The notes under the pieces were generated by a model, which had not been told where the DNA came from, did no database searches, and worked only from the letters and a program-made list of their open reading frames with translations. Positions 1 to 10,232 of a stretch of DNA of 64,000 nt are shown one piece after another. Every line of letters starts with the position of its first letter. Position 1 is the first letter of the stretch. Both the position numbers and the translations under genes were made by a program. Location of the stretch: positions 28,963 through 92,962 of IMG/VR virus record IMGVR_UViG_3300035188_001035; one strand, written 5' to 3'. This DNA comes from a virus.

Positions 1-1
1 T

Positions 2-1558
2 TCTGGATTCGGCAGATACACAAAGGAAATACTATACAGACTAAGTAAAAGTAATAAATATGAGCTTGCTGAATTGGCTTGTTATCATAAAGATGGATCA
101 AAAACAAACGTACCATGGAAAGTATACTCAAACGTACCAAAAGACGATGATAAACAAAGTATAGAAGCATACGAATCTAATCAGCTTAATCAATTTGGTC
201 AATGGAGATTCGAAAAAGTATTATTAGATTTTAAACCTGATATAGTTTTTGATATAAGGGATTATTGGATGTTCTCCTACCAAGAACTTTCATGTTTAAG
301 ACCATACTATAAATGGATAATAGCCCCAACCATAGATTCTATACCACAAAAAACAGAATGGTTAACAACGTTTGAAAATGCAGATATGGTATTAACACAT
401 ACCGATTGGGCTGGAGACTATTTAAGGTCTCTAAATAGACCTATTAATGTTGGTCCGTGCATCACAGATTCTGTTGACACAGAAGTTTTTCAACCAGTAC
501 ACTGTACAAAAACATATCATAAATCTAGATATGGTTTACCAGCCGATTCTATTATTATAGGATCAGTAATGAGAAATCAAAAGCGTAAACTCATTGCTGA
601 ATTATTTAAAGTTCTAAGAAAATTAATAGATACGACAAATAATCATAATATATTTTTATATTTGCATACTTCTTATCCAGAAAAACAGGGTTGGCCGATT
701 CCCGAATTGTTACAAGAGCATGGGGTGGAGAATAATGTATTATTTACATATTATTCTATTAAGGATAATAGTATATTTGTATCAAAATATAAAGGCTCAA
801 AGATACCATCTCCGTCATGTGACGATGGAGTATCCATCTTCCCTAATGTGCAATTAGGTATTAATAACGATCAGCTTAATGATGTATATAATTTATTTGA
901 TATATATGTACAGTATGCTATTTGTGAAGGCTTGGGTATTCCTCAGCTAGAAGCTGCTTCTTGTGGTATACCTATTTTTTCTGTTAATTATAGCGGAATG
1001 GAAGAAATAACATCTAAAGTTGATGGCGTTAAAATTAATTATTTATTGGCTACTGAGTTGGAAACCGGATCAGATAGGGCAACACCAGATAATGATCATT
1101 TAATGCACGAGATCATGGAATGGATGCAAAAAACAACAAAAGATAAGCTTAAATTTTCACATAAAACAAGAGAATTATTAGTTCAAAATTATAGTTGGGA
1201 TATGACAGCAAAAACTATCATGGATGTTTTTGATAATATGCCTATAAATGAAGACATATGGTCTGTTCCAATGAATGCCAATACAAAACTATCAGTTCCA
1301 GATAATCTATCCAATAGAGAATTTGTAGAATTTATTATCCGTGATATTATGTGTGAGCCTAATTTATTAAAAACTTATTTTGCTCAAAACCTAATAAAAT
1401 CACTCAATGAATCTATTGATATCACATCAAATAAAAATAATATTCAAGCCAGAGAAGCGGTTATCAAAGCACTAGAGATATTCTTAAATAATAAAGTCTT
1501 TTGTGAACAAGTCAGATCAGGAAAAATCAAACTAAATGATAATTTCTTGTCATCATGA
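2..1558 (+). CDS. GT4 (GT-B fold) glycosyltransferase, 5'-truncated by window edge
   Basis: Frame is open from position 2 (SGFGRYTKEIL...), upstream of the tracked TTG at 74; RNQKRK motif and EGLGIPQLEAASCG (EX7E) signature of GT4. Confidence 0.85.
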   Translation, partial: SGFGRYTKEILYRLSKSNKYELAELACYHKDGSKTNVPWKVYSNVPKDDDKQSIEAYESNQLNQFGQWRFEKVLLDFKPDIVFDIRDYWMFSYQELSCLRPYYKWIIAPTIDSIPQKTEWLTTFENADMVLTHTDWAGDYLRSLNRPINVGPCITDSVDTEVFQPVHCTKTYHKSRYGLPADSIIIGSVMRNQKRKLIAELFKVLRKLIDTTNNHNIFLYLHTSYPEKQGWPIPELLQEHGVENNVLFTYYSIKDNSIFVSKYKGSKIPSPSCDDGVSIFPNVQLGINNDQLNDVYNLFDIYVQYAICEGLGIPQLEAASCGIPIFSVNYSGMEEITSKVDGVKINYLLATELETGSDRATPDNDHLMHEIMEWMQKTTKDKLKFSHKTRELLVQNYSWDMTAKTIMDVFDNMPINEDIWSVPMNANTKLSVPDNLSNREFVEFIIRDIMCEPNLLKTYFAQNLIKSLNESIDITSNKNNIQAREAVIKALEIFLNNKVFCEQVRSGKIKLNDNFLSS

Positions 1559-2661
1559 ATAATATACTATATATAGGACCATATAGAGAATTTACTGGAA
1601 TAGGTAATGCATCTAGAAAATATATACAGGCTTTATGCGACGCTGGATTCAATATTGTCTGTCGCCCACTATTCAATACTATAAAACCTATTATAGAACA
1701 AGAATTAGAAGATATTATTATTCGTTGTGAAAAGAATAATTTAGACAATTATGATACAATAATTCAACATGCATATCCACACCAGTTTTGTCATATCAAT
1801 GGCTATAAAAATATAGGTATAGTTTCTTTAGATAAAACTCATTATGGATACGATATTTATGAATATCTGAATATCGTGGATGAAATTTGGGTTGGTTCAA
1901 CACACGCTAGAGAAGAACTTATTAATGGCAACATAGATATTGATAAAATAAAAGTTGTGCCAGAATTTATAGATTTATCAATTATAGATGATTATAAACA
2001 GAAAAATATAAAACAATCTAAAAAAAACAAGTTTATGTTTTATACCATATCAGATTTTACTAATAAAAAAAATCTACAAACTTTGATTCTAGCATTCTTT
2101 ATTATTGCTATAGAATTTCCAGATACTGGACTACTGATTAAAACTAAAAATACAAATAATGATAGTAGTAACTTAACATCTTTATTGACCTATGAAATAG
2201 ATAAAATAATAGATTCATTACCTTTTAAGATCGATAAAAATATAACATACCCAACACTTATAGTAGGGGAAACTAAATATGATAATATACTATATATACA
2301 TAATAATTGCGATTGTTATATAGATATATCGTCCGGAGAAAGTTTTGGATATCCAGTATTAGAGGCTATGTGTTTTAATAATCAGATTATAGTGAATAAG
2401 AATTCTGGTTCTTCAGATATAGTTAAGGGTACAAAATTCTATGGAGTAGAATCAACCCCTAAAAATGCTCACGATAATAGTCATCCATATTGGATATATA
2501 ATTCTTTTCATCATAAATATTATGTTCCGGAACTTGATAGTTTGGTTATGCAAATGAAGCGAGCTTTAAGTGAGTCTCTTTCAGAAAAGTCTGAGCGAAT
2601 AGAATCACAAAACCATAAAGTCCTAAGCTATTCTATCAATAATATTAAAGGGTTTATATGA
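1555..2661 (+). CDS. GT4 glycosyltransferase
   Basis: N-terminal TGIGNASR, KKNL, ESFGYPVLEAM (EX7E); ATGA overlap with upstream gene. Confidence 0.85.
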   Translation: MNNILYIGPYREFTGIGNASRKYIQALCDAGFNIVCRPLFNTIKPIIEQELEDIIIRCEKNNLDNYDTIIQHAYPHQFCHINGYKNIGIVSLDKTHYGYDIYEYLNIVDEIWVGSTHAREELINGNIDIDKIKVVPEFIDLSIIDDYKQKNIKQSKKNKFMFYTISDFTNKKNLQTLILAFFIIAIEFPDTGLLIKTKNTNNDSSNLTSLLTYEIDKIIDSLPFKIDKNITYPTLIVGETKYDNILYIHNNCDCYIDISSGESFGYPVLEAMCFNNQIIVNKNSGSSDIVKGTKFYGVESTPKNAHDNSHPYWIYNSFHHKYYVPELDSLVMQMKRALSESLSEKSERIESQNHKVLSYSINNIKGFI

Positions 2662-3125
2662 GTATATCATCAATTATACATAAAACTCTATTAATGAATA
2701 ACACACCAAATGTATTATGGACATACACTGATCATAAAAATTTTGAAAAGCATATAGAAAAAGATAATATTAATCTTATAGATATGGAGGATACTCTATA
2801 TGGTATTTATGATATAGATCTTGTAGTTTGCAATAATAGAATGATAAATTTAGATAAATGTATAGAATTAGCACTATTTTTACATTGCCCACTAATCATT
2901 ATAGATCATGTTGAAAAACCAAATTATATATCAGAAGTGCCCAATCATTATATGTTCGAACCAGTATATCAAATTGCAGTATCTGAAAATATATGTAATT
3001 CATGGAATAGAATTCATAATAAAGTTATTCCATATAGTAATATATCAGATATAATAGATATTATTAAAAATATGAGTAAAGAATTTTTAAAAATCAAAAT
3101 ACAACCAGAAATTAAAAAATCATGA
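2658..3125 (+). CDS. hypothetical protein (possibly GT-B fragment)
   Basis: ATGA-coupled ORF in GT operon; no clear motif. Confidence 0.6.
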   Translation: MSISSIIHKTLLMNNTPNVLWTYTDHKNFEKHIEKDNINLIDMEDTLYGIYDIDLVVCNNRMINLDKCIELALFLHCPLIIIDHVEKPNYISEVPNHYMFEPVYQIAVSENICNSWNRIHNKVIPYSNISDIIDIIKNMSKEFLKIKIQPEIKKS

Positions 3126-3559
3126 AAAAAATCAGAAAATATTTTCTATACACAACAGAACCCTCAAATCCAATTAAGGGTTTTGAATATTGTTCTATTA
3201 GTAAGTTTAGTAAATTCAAATCGCCAAATATAGATGAGTTGTTTGTTGCGGATCTAATTGATAATGTACCAGCAAATCAAAAAGATCAACTTGTCAAAGA
3301 TATCAAATCTAAATTAAAAACTAATGGTATTTTATATGTGCAATCATTAGATAGATACGCTAGTGCAGCATCGATTCTAAATAAACAAATAGATAATAAT
3401 TTTCTTAACACTCTACTATTTGCTAATAATAGGAAAACACTATCTTGTATGTCTGAAATAGTTCAATTATTAAATAAACATGGTTTTATTATAGAACAAT
3501 CCAAATTTATAAATGGTATCCAATATTTTATTAAAGCAAGAGCATCTGATAATGAATGA
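3122..3559 (+). CDS. class I SAM methyltransferase-like protein, apparently lacking motif I
   Basis: DELFVADLIDNVP...KSKLKTNGILYV resembles the C-terminal half of Methyltransf_11; no GxGxG. Confidence 0.45.
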   Translation: MKKIRKYFLYTTEPSNPIKGFEYCSISKFSKFKSPNIDELFVADLIDNVPANQKDQLVKDIKSKLKTNGILYVQSLDRYASAASILNKQIDNNFLNTLLFANNRKTLSCMSEIVQLLNKHGFIIEQSKFINGIQYFIKARASDNE

Positions 3560-4220
3560 TATTTCGTATATCATATTAGCTTGTCATATTGATAAGGGGA
3601 TGAAATCCTTTGGATCAAAAGGCTTATTAGAATTTCATAATAAAAAAATTTTTAACTATCAAATAGAATGGATTAAAAAACAGAATCATAACAATTATGA
3701 AATAATTATTATCTCCAATTTTGATACAATAAAAATACAACGATCTTTTTCTGATACTATAAAAGTTGTTGAATGCGATACCAATCCTATTCTAAAAGGG
3801 TGTCTTGAGTCAAAATATAACAACTTAATTTTTATAGATTATGGATGCTTATTTAACCCTAAGATTTTAAAAAAAATACAGCACCTCAAATCTAATTACG
3901 CAATTACTATTAGTGATATTAATCTTGATATTGGATGTATTATAGATCATAATAGAATATCGCACATTTATTTGGATTTGCCAGATCATAAATTTAGTAA
4001 TATTTTTAAATTAAACCATACATCAAAATTAGAAATTATTAATAATAGTATTTATGATAGATCTAATCTTTTATATTTCGAAACATTGAATACTTTAATA
4101 AATAATGGAAATACGATAGAAAATATAATTATTGATAAAAAAGATTTCTTATACTTCAAACATATGGATCAAAAACATGCAATCAACAAATTCCTTAAAA
4201 GAATATCCAATCCAAATTAG
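3552..4220 (+). CDS. sugar nucleotidyltransferase-like protein (divergent)
   Basis: YIILAC..DKGMKSFGSKGLL matches the ILAAGxGxRM...PKxLL N-terminus of NTP_transferase; start moved to ATG 3552. Confidence 0.55.
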   Translation: MNDISYIILACHIDKGMKSFGSKGLLEFHNKKIFNYQIEWIKKQNHNNYEIIIISNFDTIKIQRSFSDTIKVVECDTNPILKGCLESKYNNLIFIDYGCLFNPKILKKIQHLKSNYAITISDINLDIGCIIDHNRISHIYLDLPDHKFSNIFKLNHTSKLEIINNSIYDRSNLLYFETLNTLINNGNTIENIIIDKKDFLYFKHMDQKHAINKFLKRISNPN

Positions 4221-4545
4221 TTTTTACTATAATCAAGTAACTAATGAAATTTTTAAAGACAAAAACTTTATAGAAATTAATGAGTTTTTATCTGATAAGA
4301 ACAATATAGGTAAATATACATATTCTATCTATACCGATCTAAATTTATTAAAACCTAATATCTTTGTTCCTATTTTTGATACAATATATTTAGCTTCTAG
4401 AAATCATAATGTTGTCCTAAATAGTACTAATGATTTTTGGTTATGCGATCTTTATAAACAAAACAAATACTTTTTTGTTGGATCGTGTGATCATAAAAGT
4501 ATCCAATCTATTGAATCTATTACGGAGATATCAAATGAAATATGA
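4177..4545 (+). CDS. hypothetical protein
   Basis: ORF fills operon gap; first ATG at 4177. Confidence 0.55.
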   Translation: MQSTNSLKEYPIQISFYYNQVTNEIFKDKNFIEINEFLSDKNNIGKYTYSIYTDLNLLKPNIFVPIFDTIYLASRNHNVVLNSTNDFWLCDLYKQNKYFFVGSCDHKSIQSIESITEISNEI

Positions 4546-5326
4546 TAAATTAAACGATAGTCAAAAAGAGAAATTAATTAAAGAACTATACAGTATTAAA
4601 AAACAATCTTTTCAACAAATAGCAGAATTATATGATACATATCCTAATAAGATTAGACGAGATGCTAAAAAATTCAATATAGATATAAGGAATAAGAGTG
4701 AAGCTCAAAAAAACGCTTTAGATAACGGATCTCATAAGCATCCAACAAAAGGACAAACAAGACCAGAAAATATAAAAAGTAAAATTGGAAAAAGCGTATT
4801 AGAAAAATGGGAGAGTTTGGATGAGTCAGAATTAAAAACAATTAAACAGAAGGCACGGGATAGATGGGAAAAATTATCTGATGATGAAAAAGAAAATAGA
4901 ATATCTGCCGCTATACAAGCCGTTAGGAAAACTAGCAAAACAGGATCAAAACTAGAAAATTTTATTCATACAAAACTTGTTAAATCTGGATATAAGGTGG
5001 ACTTTCATAAGGAACAAACTTTATCTAATACCAAACTACAGATTGATATATTTATACCATCATTAAATGTTGCGATAGAAATTGATGGACCATCACACTT
5101 TTTACCAGTATGGGGAGACGATACTCTGCAAAAAAATATCAAATACGACAACAAGAAAACGGGTTTGGTACTTGGAAAAGGATGTGCTCTGATTAGAATA
5201 AAACAGACACGAGATTTTTCAAACGCACGAGCAGAAATTTTATGGGAAAAATTATCAGAAATACTATCTAGTATTAAGACTAAATTTCCCAATCCACAGG
5301 ACAGACTCATCAACATAGGAGATTAA
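4535..5326 (+). CDS. putative homing endonuclease (HTH + NUMOD3-like + Vsr/DUF559-like PD-(D/E)XK domain)
   Basis: GGAGA SD before ATG 4535; HPTKGQTRPENIKSKIG (NUMOD3-like); QIDIFIPSLNVAIEIDGPSHF nuclease motif. Confidence 0.7.
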   Translation: MKYDKLNDSQKEKLIKELYSIKKQSFQQIAELYDTYPNKIRRDAKKFNIDIRNKSEAQKNALDNGSHKHPTKGQTRPENIKSKIGKSVLEKWESLDESELKTIKQKARDRWEKLSDDEKENRISAAIQAVRKTSKTGSKLENFIHTKLVKSGYKVDFHKEQTLSNTKLQIDIFIPSLNVAIEIDGPSHFLPVWGDDTLQKNIKYDNKKTGLVLGKGCALIRIKQTRDFSNARAEILWEKLSEILSSIKTKFPNPQDRLINIGD

Positions 5327-5327
5327 A

Positions 5328-6017
5328 ATGGTCAAAAACAAAAAAGAAAATACCGATACTAAAAATACTGTAACACCTAATGATCTGGAGTGGACTGATC
5401 ATGTTCTAAGTTTGTTGTCTGATGATGAAAAGATATCTGATAATCCTACTACTGATGGATTACGAAGAATATTTGAAATTGCATTAAATTGTACAGTAAT
5501 ACGATCAACTAGTGATGTTGTTCAGAGTCCTGATCCTAATAATGAAAAAAGAGCCACTGTTGTTCATACGCTAGAATATTCATCGAATGATAATAGTAGT
5601 ATTGTGAAAACTATAAGTGGTGCGGCCGATGTGTATTGGGGTAATTGTGATAAAATATATAGAAATCATCCTGTGGCCGTTGCCGAAACACGAGCAGAAG
5701 GGCGCGCATTAAGACGAGCTTTAAAACTACGCAAGGTTGTGGCTGCCGAAGAAATTGCAAAAGATATTGAGGATAATCCTGATGGTGACTCGGTGTATAA
5801 GGTTAGTGCTAATCAGCTAAACTTTATGGATGTTTTGGCCAAAAGACTAGATATTAATATGGCTAAAGTTCTAGAGGATGCTGGACATAATGATAAAAAT
5901 GTTTATAATATAGAGCATAGTATCGCTGTTGATATTATCAAAAAATTGTCATCATATCAGCAAAATATCCATAATATATCTGATGATATAAAAGGATACG
6001 ATGCTGGTTGGAAATAA
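5328..6017 (+). CDS. putative ssDNA-annealing/recombination protein (Rad52/Sak-like)
   Basis: VAVAETRAEGRALRRAL helix typical of phage SSAP-like proteins; GGAGA SD. Confidence 0.5.
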   Translation: MVKNKKENTDTKNTVTPNDLEWTDHVLSLLSDDEKISDNPTTDGLRRIFEIALNCTVIRSTSDVVQSPDPNNEKRATVVHTLEYSSNDNSSIVKTISGAADVYWGNCDKIYRNHPVAVAETRAEGRALRRALKLRKVVAAEEIAKDIEDNPDGDSVYKVSANQLNFMDVLAKRLDINMAKVLEDAGHNDKNVYNIEHSIAVDIIKKLSSYQQNIHNISDDIKGYDAGWK

Positions 6018-6026
6018 GGGCTATTT

Positions 6027-6356
6027 ATGAAACTAATCTATAAAGCTAATGAAAAACTACAATTTGAACTTGAAGCCGAAGGTCAAAAAGAAATATTCAA
6101 AGAACTTGCAGTAATCCAGGAAATATTTAGCGAAGATAAATGCGCATTATGCAACAAAGGTAATATTAAATTTGTTGTAAGAAATGTTGATGGTAATGAT
6201 TATTATGAATTAAGATGTCAGGACTGTGGAGGCATTTTATCTTTTGGTCAACATAAAAAGGGTGGAACATTATTTCCAAAACGCAAGGACGACAATAATG
6301 AATATTTGCCGAATAGGGGTTGGCATAAATGGAGCAAAGAATCTAAGGATAAATAA
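6027..6356 (+). CDS. zinc-ribbon hypothetical protein
   Basis: CALC...CQDC pairs. Confidence 0.65.
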   Translation: MKLIYKANEKLQFELEAEGQKEIFKELAVIQEIFSEDKCALCNKGNIKFVVRNVDGNDYYELRCQDCGGILSFGQHKKGGTLFPKRKDDNNEYLPNRGWHKWSKESKDK

Positions 6357-9300
6357 TGTCTCCTGTTTATGTATCGTGTGATGGTAGAATATCACTAACA
6401 CAACACGGTGTAACAACAGATGAAAACTGTTGTGGCGGATGCTGTTCATACATTTCCGCAAATATAGACTATGTAAAAAATGGTCTGCCAACTAGCCCAC
6501 CATCGTACACTAATTGTATCCCTGATGGTCCATCAAAACCAGTTGTTATAAACGAAAATCCACCAGCAGGTATTTGTGCGCTACATGGTCTTCCTGGAAG
6601 TGATGGTACTTTTTCGCCCGGTTGTGATTGTGATTTTGCAAATAGAACCGATTGTTGTGCTTTCTATTGCGATGTTTGCAATGGATCCGCAATTGGTTGT
6701 GATTTTCCTCCTGAGTGTTTCGCGGAATGGACACCTCATGAGTATTGCTATTTGACCAATCCGGTATATCCAGAACAAATATATAATATGGAGCAATATG
6801 CATTAGCTTGGGCTCAAAATGCTGATTTTACAATTATTGACAGATTGAGTGGTGCTCTAAATGAATTAAAAACTTGTTTGGAAGATATGGGTTATCAAAA
6901 CGTAACAGCCAATGCTGGTCTAAGTTATATGCCAGGAACCGACGAACATGGTCATTTTGCTCCTATTGTCGTAGATAACCAGCCTTGGGTTCCTGTGGAC
7001 GAAACTGGACATACACATAATGAATACTTTTCTCAACAAAGATTAGAAGAAGAATATGGATGGGTATTTTATAATGGATATAATCCTGGAGGATGTGTAC
7101 CTGATGGAGAGTGTCATCCAGATATGCAAGCTGCTTGTGGTGGGCCGTGTGGCGGCAATGGTCCGTGTATAAGTCCGGTTATTGTAGACCCGATTAGTAA
7201 TTTGACGTGTCCTCCTCTGATAGTTGATTATGATAACTGTACACAATATTGCGAAAAACAAGACTGTTGTGTGTCTTTAGAACCTATTAGGATAACAGGA
7301 AATCTTTCTGCTAGTTGTTGTGATAATTGTGGGCGTCTTGGTAAGGCCAAATGCTGTACAGCATCCAGCGTTATATTTTCTCAACAGGATTTGGAAACTT
7401 TGAGTATTGGTACATCGGCCGGTAGAGGAGGAAAATGTGGAATTAATGGATGTTCTCCGGCAGTATCAGGAATAAGTGAATGTGATACGTTAGGTAATGG
7501 AATTTTAAATATGTGGTTCGAACCACTATACGAAGGATCAAATGAGTATAATCTTAAAATACTAGCCAGAGAATGTGCGGGATCAAATACTTGTGTAATT
7601 GGTCCATTAAGAGCTTATGAATCAGGATGGAATGAAAGTACACAAAATTATAATAAGCCTATAGATACTTGTGATTATTCTTTTGAAAATCAAGAAGCTT
7701 GTGAATGTGGCTATAGAGTTAAAAAATTATGTGTTTCTACAATCCAAAGAACTTTTAAATTTAATCTTAATACTAGACACGTTGAGTCTGTTTTTGATGG
7801 ATTTATAGCGATATATGCTCCCAATAATCCTAGATGGATGGTTCCAGATCCTCCAACAACACCTTTTGAACAAGATCTTTATAATAGTATATATACAAAT
7901 TATTGTGTTGATAAATATTTATGGCCTTCTTGTTTACCAGAGGATTATGGGATTGGAAATGATGGTTTTTATGTCAGAAAAAGATGCATAGAGAGTGGTC
8001 CGCGGCCGTACAATGAAGATGTTATTACTCCTGGCAATTTCGTTTCTGAATCAGAATCAGTTGATCCATCCTATCCATTTGCAGGTTATGCTTTATGGCA
8101 TTTTAGAAATGACTTGGTTCCTGGATGGGAATTATTTGAGGTAGACGGACCAGATTCTCCAAGAACACAAGGTCTTGCTAGTACACGATCTGCAATAATG
8201 AGAGAAACGGTATATGGTCCTCCAGACGAAAGTGCCGCAACAACAAAATATTACTATACTGCATTTACAAGAAGAGGACTTCCCGATTGGGTGGTATTTA
8301 CTGTTGGACAAGTAACAAATACAGATTGGACATATGGAGGTTTAACTACTGCTTGGCCCCTGGGTTCTGCTATATCGAATCATTATGCTGCTATGTGGGG
8401 TACTGCACCGGTCTGTGATGATATTGATAATCAATTACTGTTCGGTGATGGTGTTTGTGCTGGTAGATTTAAAGAATATTACTATCAATGGACAGTTTCA
8501 GAACAATTTCCTAATCAAGAATCGTCTTGCTCGCCAGTACTAACAAAAGACAATGAAATGAAAAACTGGGGCTGTGGAGTAATGATAGGCGATGAGTTTA
8601 TGCAAAATGGAGCTTGTGAAACAGGTATTCAAATTGTTGATTTTGCTAACGAACTCGAATGGTTGAATGTAATGAACAATTTTAGACCAGTTCCCCCATG
8701 GAATATTGAATTATTATTGGGTACTGATGCTGTGGAATATACTTGTGGATCAGAGTGGGGGGTATGGAATGATCCTGAGTGTGTAGTTGTATATGATGAG
8801 GAACCAACATGCGATCCTACTCCAACACCAGCACCAACATCAACAGAAACTCCAGTAGCATTTACTCCTACTCCGGGACCTACTGAACCATGTCCAACAC
8901 CAGAACCTACTCGTCATTGTGAATCGTTATCTCATGAGTTTGATAGTAATCAATGTCCAACTCCGAGTCCATCAGCTACTCCAACACCAACACCAACTGA
9001 AACTCCTACTCCGACACCTACTCCCACTGAGACTCCTACTCCAACGCCGTCGCCAACACCAAGTCCAACGCCATCGCCAACACCAAGTCCGACTCCAAGT
9101 CCTACTCCGAGTCCAACGCCGTCGCCAACACCGAGTCCGACTCCAAGTCCTACTCCGAGTCCAACGCCGTCGCCAACACCTAGCCCGACACCATCGCCAA
9201 CACCGAGTCCAACGCCATCGCCAACACCAAGTCCGACTCCAAGTCCGACTCCAAGTCCGACTCCATCACCCACGCCAAGTCCTACTCCATCGCCAACACC

Positions 9301-9544
9301 AAGTCCGACTCCAAGTCCTACTCCGAGTCCAACGCCGTCGCCAACACCAAGTCCGACTCCAAGTCCTACTCCGAGTCCAACGCCGTCGCCAACACCTAGC
9401 CCGACACCATCGCCAACACCGAGTCCAACGCCATCGCCAACACCTAGCCCGACACCATCGCCAACACCGAGTCCAACACCAAGCCCAACGCCGTCGCCAA
9501 CACCAAGCCCGACTCCGAGTCCAACGCCATCGCCCACTCCTTAA
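6356..9544 (+). CDS. large Cys-rich protein with C-terminal (PTPS)n mucin-like tail; probable virion surface/fibre protein
   Basis: About 55 Cys in first ~870 aa, many as CC pairs; ~190-aa terminal Pro/Thr/Ser array. Confidence 0.75.
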   Translation: MSPVYVSCDGRISLTQHGVTTDENCCGGCCSYISANIDYVKNGLPTSPPSYTNCIPDGPSKPVVINENPPAGICALHGLPGSDGTFSPGCDCDFANRTDCCAFYCDVCNGSAIGCDFPPECFAEWTPHEYCYLTNPVYPEQIYNMEQYALAWAQNADFTIIDRLSGALNELKTCLEDMGYQNVTANAGLSYMPGTDEHGHFAPIVVDNQPWVPVDETGHTHNEYFSQQRLEEEYGWVFYNGYNPGGCVPDGECHPDMQAACGGPCGGNGPCISPVIVDPISNLTCPPLIVDYDNCTQYCEKQDCCVSLEPIRITGNLSASCCDNCGRLGKAKCCTASSVIFSQQDLETLSIGTSAGRGGKCGINGCSPAVSGISECDTLGNGILNMWFEPLYEGSNEYNLKILARECAGSNTCVIGPLRAYESGWNESTQNYNKPIDTCDYSFENQEACECGYRVKKLCVSTIQRTFKFNLNTRHVESVFDGFIAIYAPNNPRWMVPDPPTTPFEQDLYNSIYTNYCVDKYLWPSCLPEDYGIGNDGFYVRKRCIESGPRPYNEDVITPGNFVSESESVDPSYPFAGYALWHFRNDLVPGWELFEVDGPDSPRTQGLASTRSAIMRETVYGPPDESAATTKYYYTAFTRRGLPDWVVFTVGQVTNTDWTYGGLTTAWPLGSAISNHYAAMWGTAPVCDDIDNQLLFGDGVCAGRFKEYYYQWTVSEQFPNQESSCSPVLTKDNEMKNWGCGVMIGDEFMQNGACETGIQIVDFANELEWLNVMNNFRPVPPWNIELLLGTDAVEYTCGSEWGVWNDPECVVVYDEEPTCDPTPTPAPTSTETPVAFTPTPGPTEPCPTPEPTRHCESLSHEFDSNQCPTPSPSATPTPTPTETPTPTPTPTETPTPTPSPTPSPTPSPTPSPTPSPTPSPTPSPTPSPTPSPTPSPTPSPTPSPTPSPTPSPTPSPTPSPTPSPTPSPTPSPTPSPTPSPTPSPTPSPTPSPTPSPTPSPTPSPTPSPTPSPTPSPTPSPTPSPTPSPTPSPTPSPTPSPTPSPTPSPTPSPTPSPTPSPTP
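8957..9541 (+). repeat. coding tandem repeat, 12-nt degenerate unit encoding PTPS (~40+ units)
   Basis: ccaacgccgtcg / ccaacaccaagt / ccgactccaagt / cctactccgagt units with synonymous variation. Confidence 0.95.
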
Positions 9545-9566
9545 GTTATAATAAGAGAATAATATT

Positions 9567-10193
9567 ATGGAACCTATTAAAATTATCAATATAGAATGCG
9601 TAAGTAGTAATGCTCCGTGTTATACTATCACTATATCAGCTGCTAATTTTATTCCTGGATATTATATTGAGACTAGTTTAGACAATGGAGGAACATGGAC
9701 AACACAACAATTATTAACATCTTCAATAACTACTACCGATATATGTTTCGAAGAACCACTAGAATCTGCTGTCTTGATCAGATTAGCATATGTAGGATGT
9801 ATGGAAACTATACCTCCAACGCCAACACCATCACCAACACCAACAGAAACTCCAACACCTACCCCGACACCTACTCCCACTGAGACTCCTACTCCAACGC
9901 CGTCACCAACACCGAGTCCGACACCTAGTCCAACGCCAAGTCCTACTCCATCGCCAACACCAAGTCCGACTCCAAGTCCGACTCCATCACCCACGCCAAG
10001 TCCGACTCCATCACCCACGCCAAGTCCTACTCCATCGCCAACACCAAGTCCGACTCCAAGTCCTACTCCGAGTCCAACGCCGTCGCCAACACCTAGCCCG
10101 ACACCATCGCCAACTCCTAGTCCAACGCCGTCGCCAACACCGAGTCCAATGCCATCACCAACACCGAATCCGACGCCGTCACCAACCCCATAA
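9567..10193 (+). CDS. small beta-domain protein with C-terminal (PTPS)n tail
   Basis: ~80-aa N-domain (SLDNGGTW) followed by ~125 aa of PT/PTPS repeats. Confidence 0.8.
   Translation: MEPIKIINIECVSSNAPCYTITISAANFIPGYYIETSLDNGGTWTTQQLLTSSITTTDICFEEPLESAVLIRLAYVGCMETIPPTPTPSPTPTETPTPTPTPTPTETPTPTPSPTPSPTPSPTPSPTPSPTPSPTPSPTPSPTPSPTPSPTPSPTPSPTPSPTPSPTPSPTPSPTPSPTPSPTPSPTPSPTPSPMPSPTPNPTPSPTP
9813..10190 (+). repeat. coding PTPS tandem repeat (~25-30 units)
   Basis: Same 12-nt unit family as 8957-9541, including an identical 41-nt block. Confidence 0.95.
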
Positions 10194-10232
10194 TTACTAT
10201 ATCTCTATATAATCAAAGGACTTAAATTCATT

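Noticed and set aside
8919-9589. Alternative-frame and antisense ORFs (GVGLGVGD-, RQHQV-, WRW-rich) over the PTPS arrays, also at 9662-10018 and 17016-17568
   Set aside because: Stop-free frames follow automatically from the CCN-rich repeat; synonymous variation preserves only the PTPS frame
8957-10190. Possible CRISPR array
   Set aside because: Contiguous 12-nt coding units without unique spacers; no cas genes
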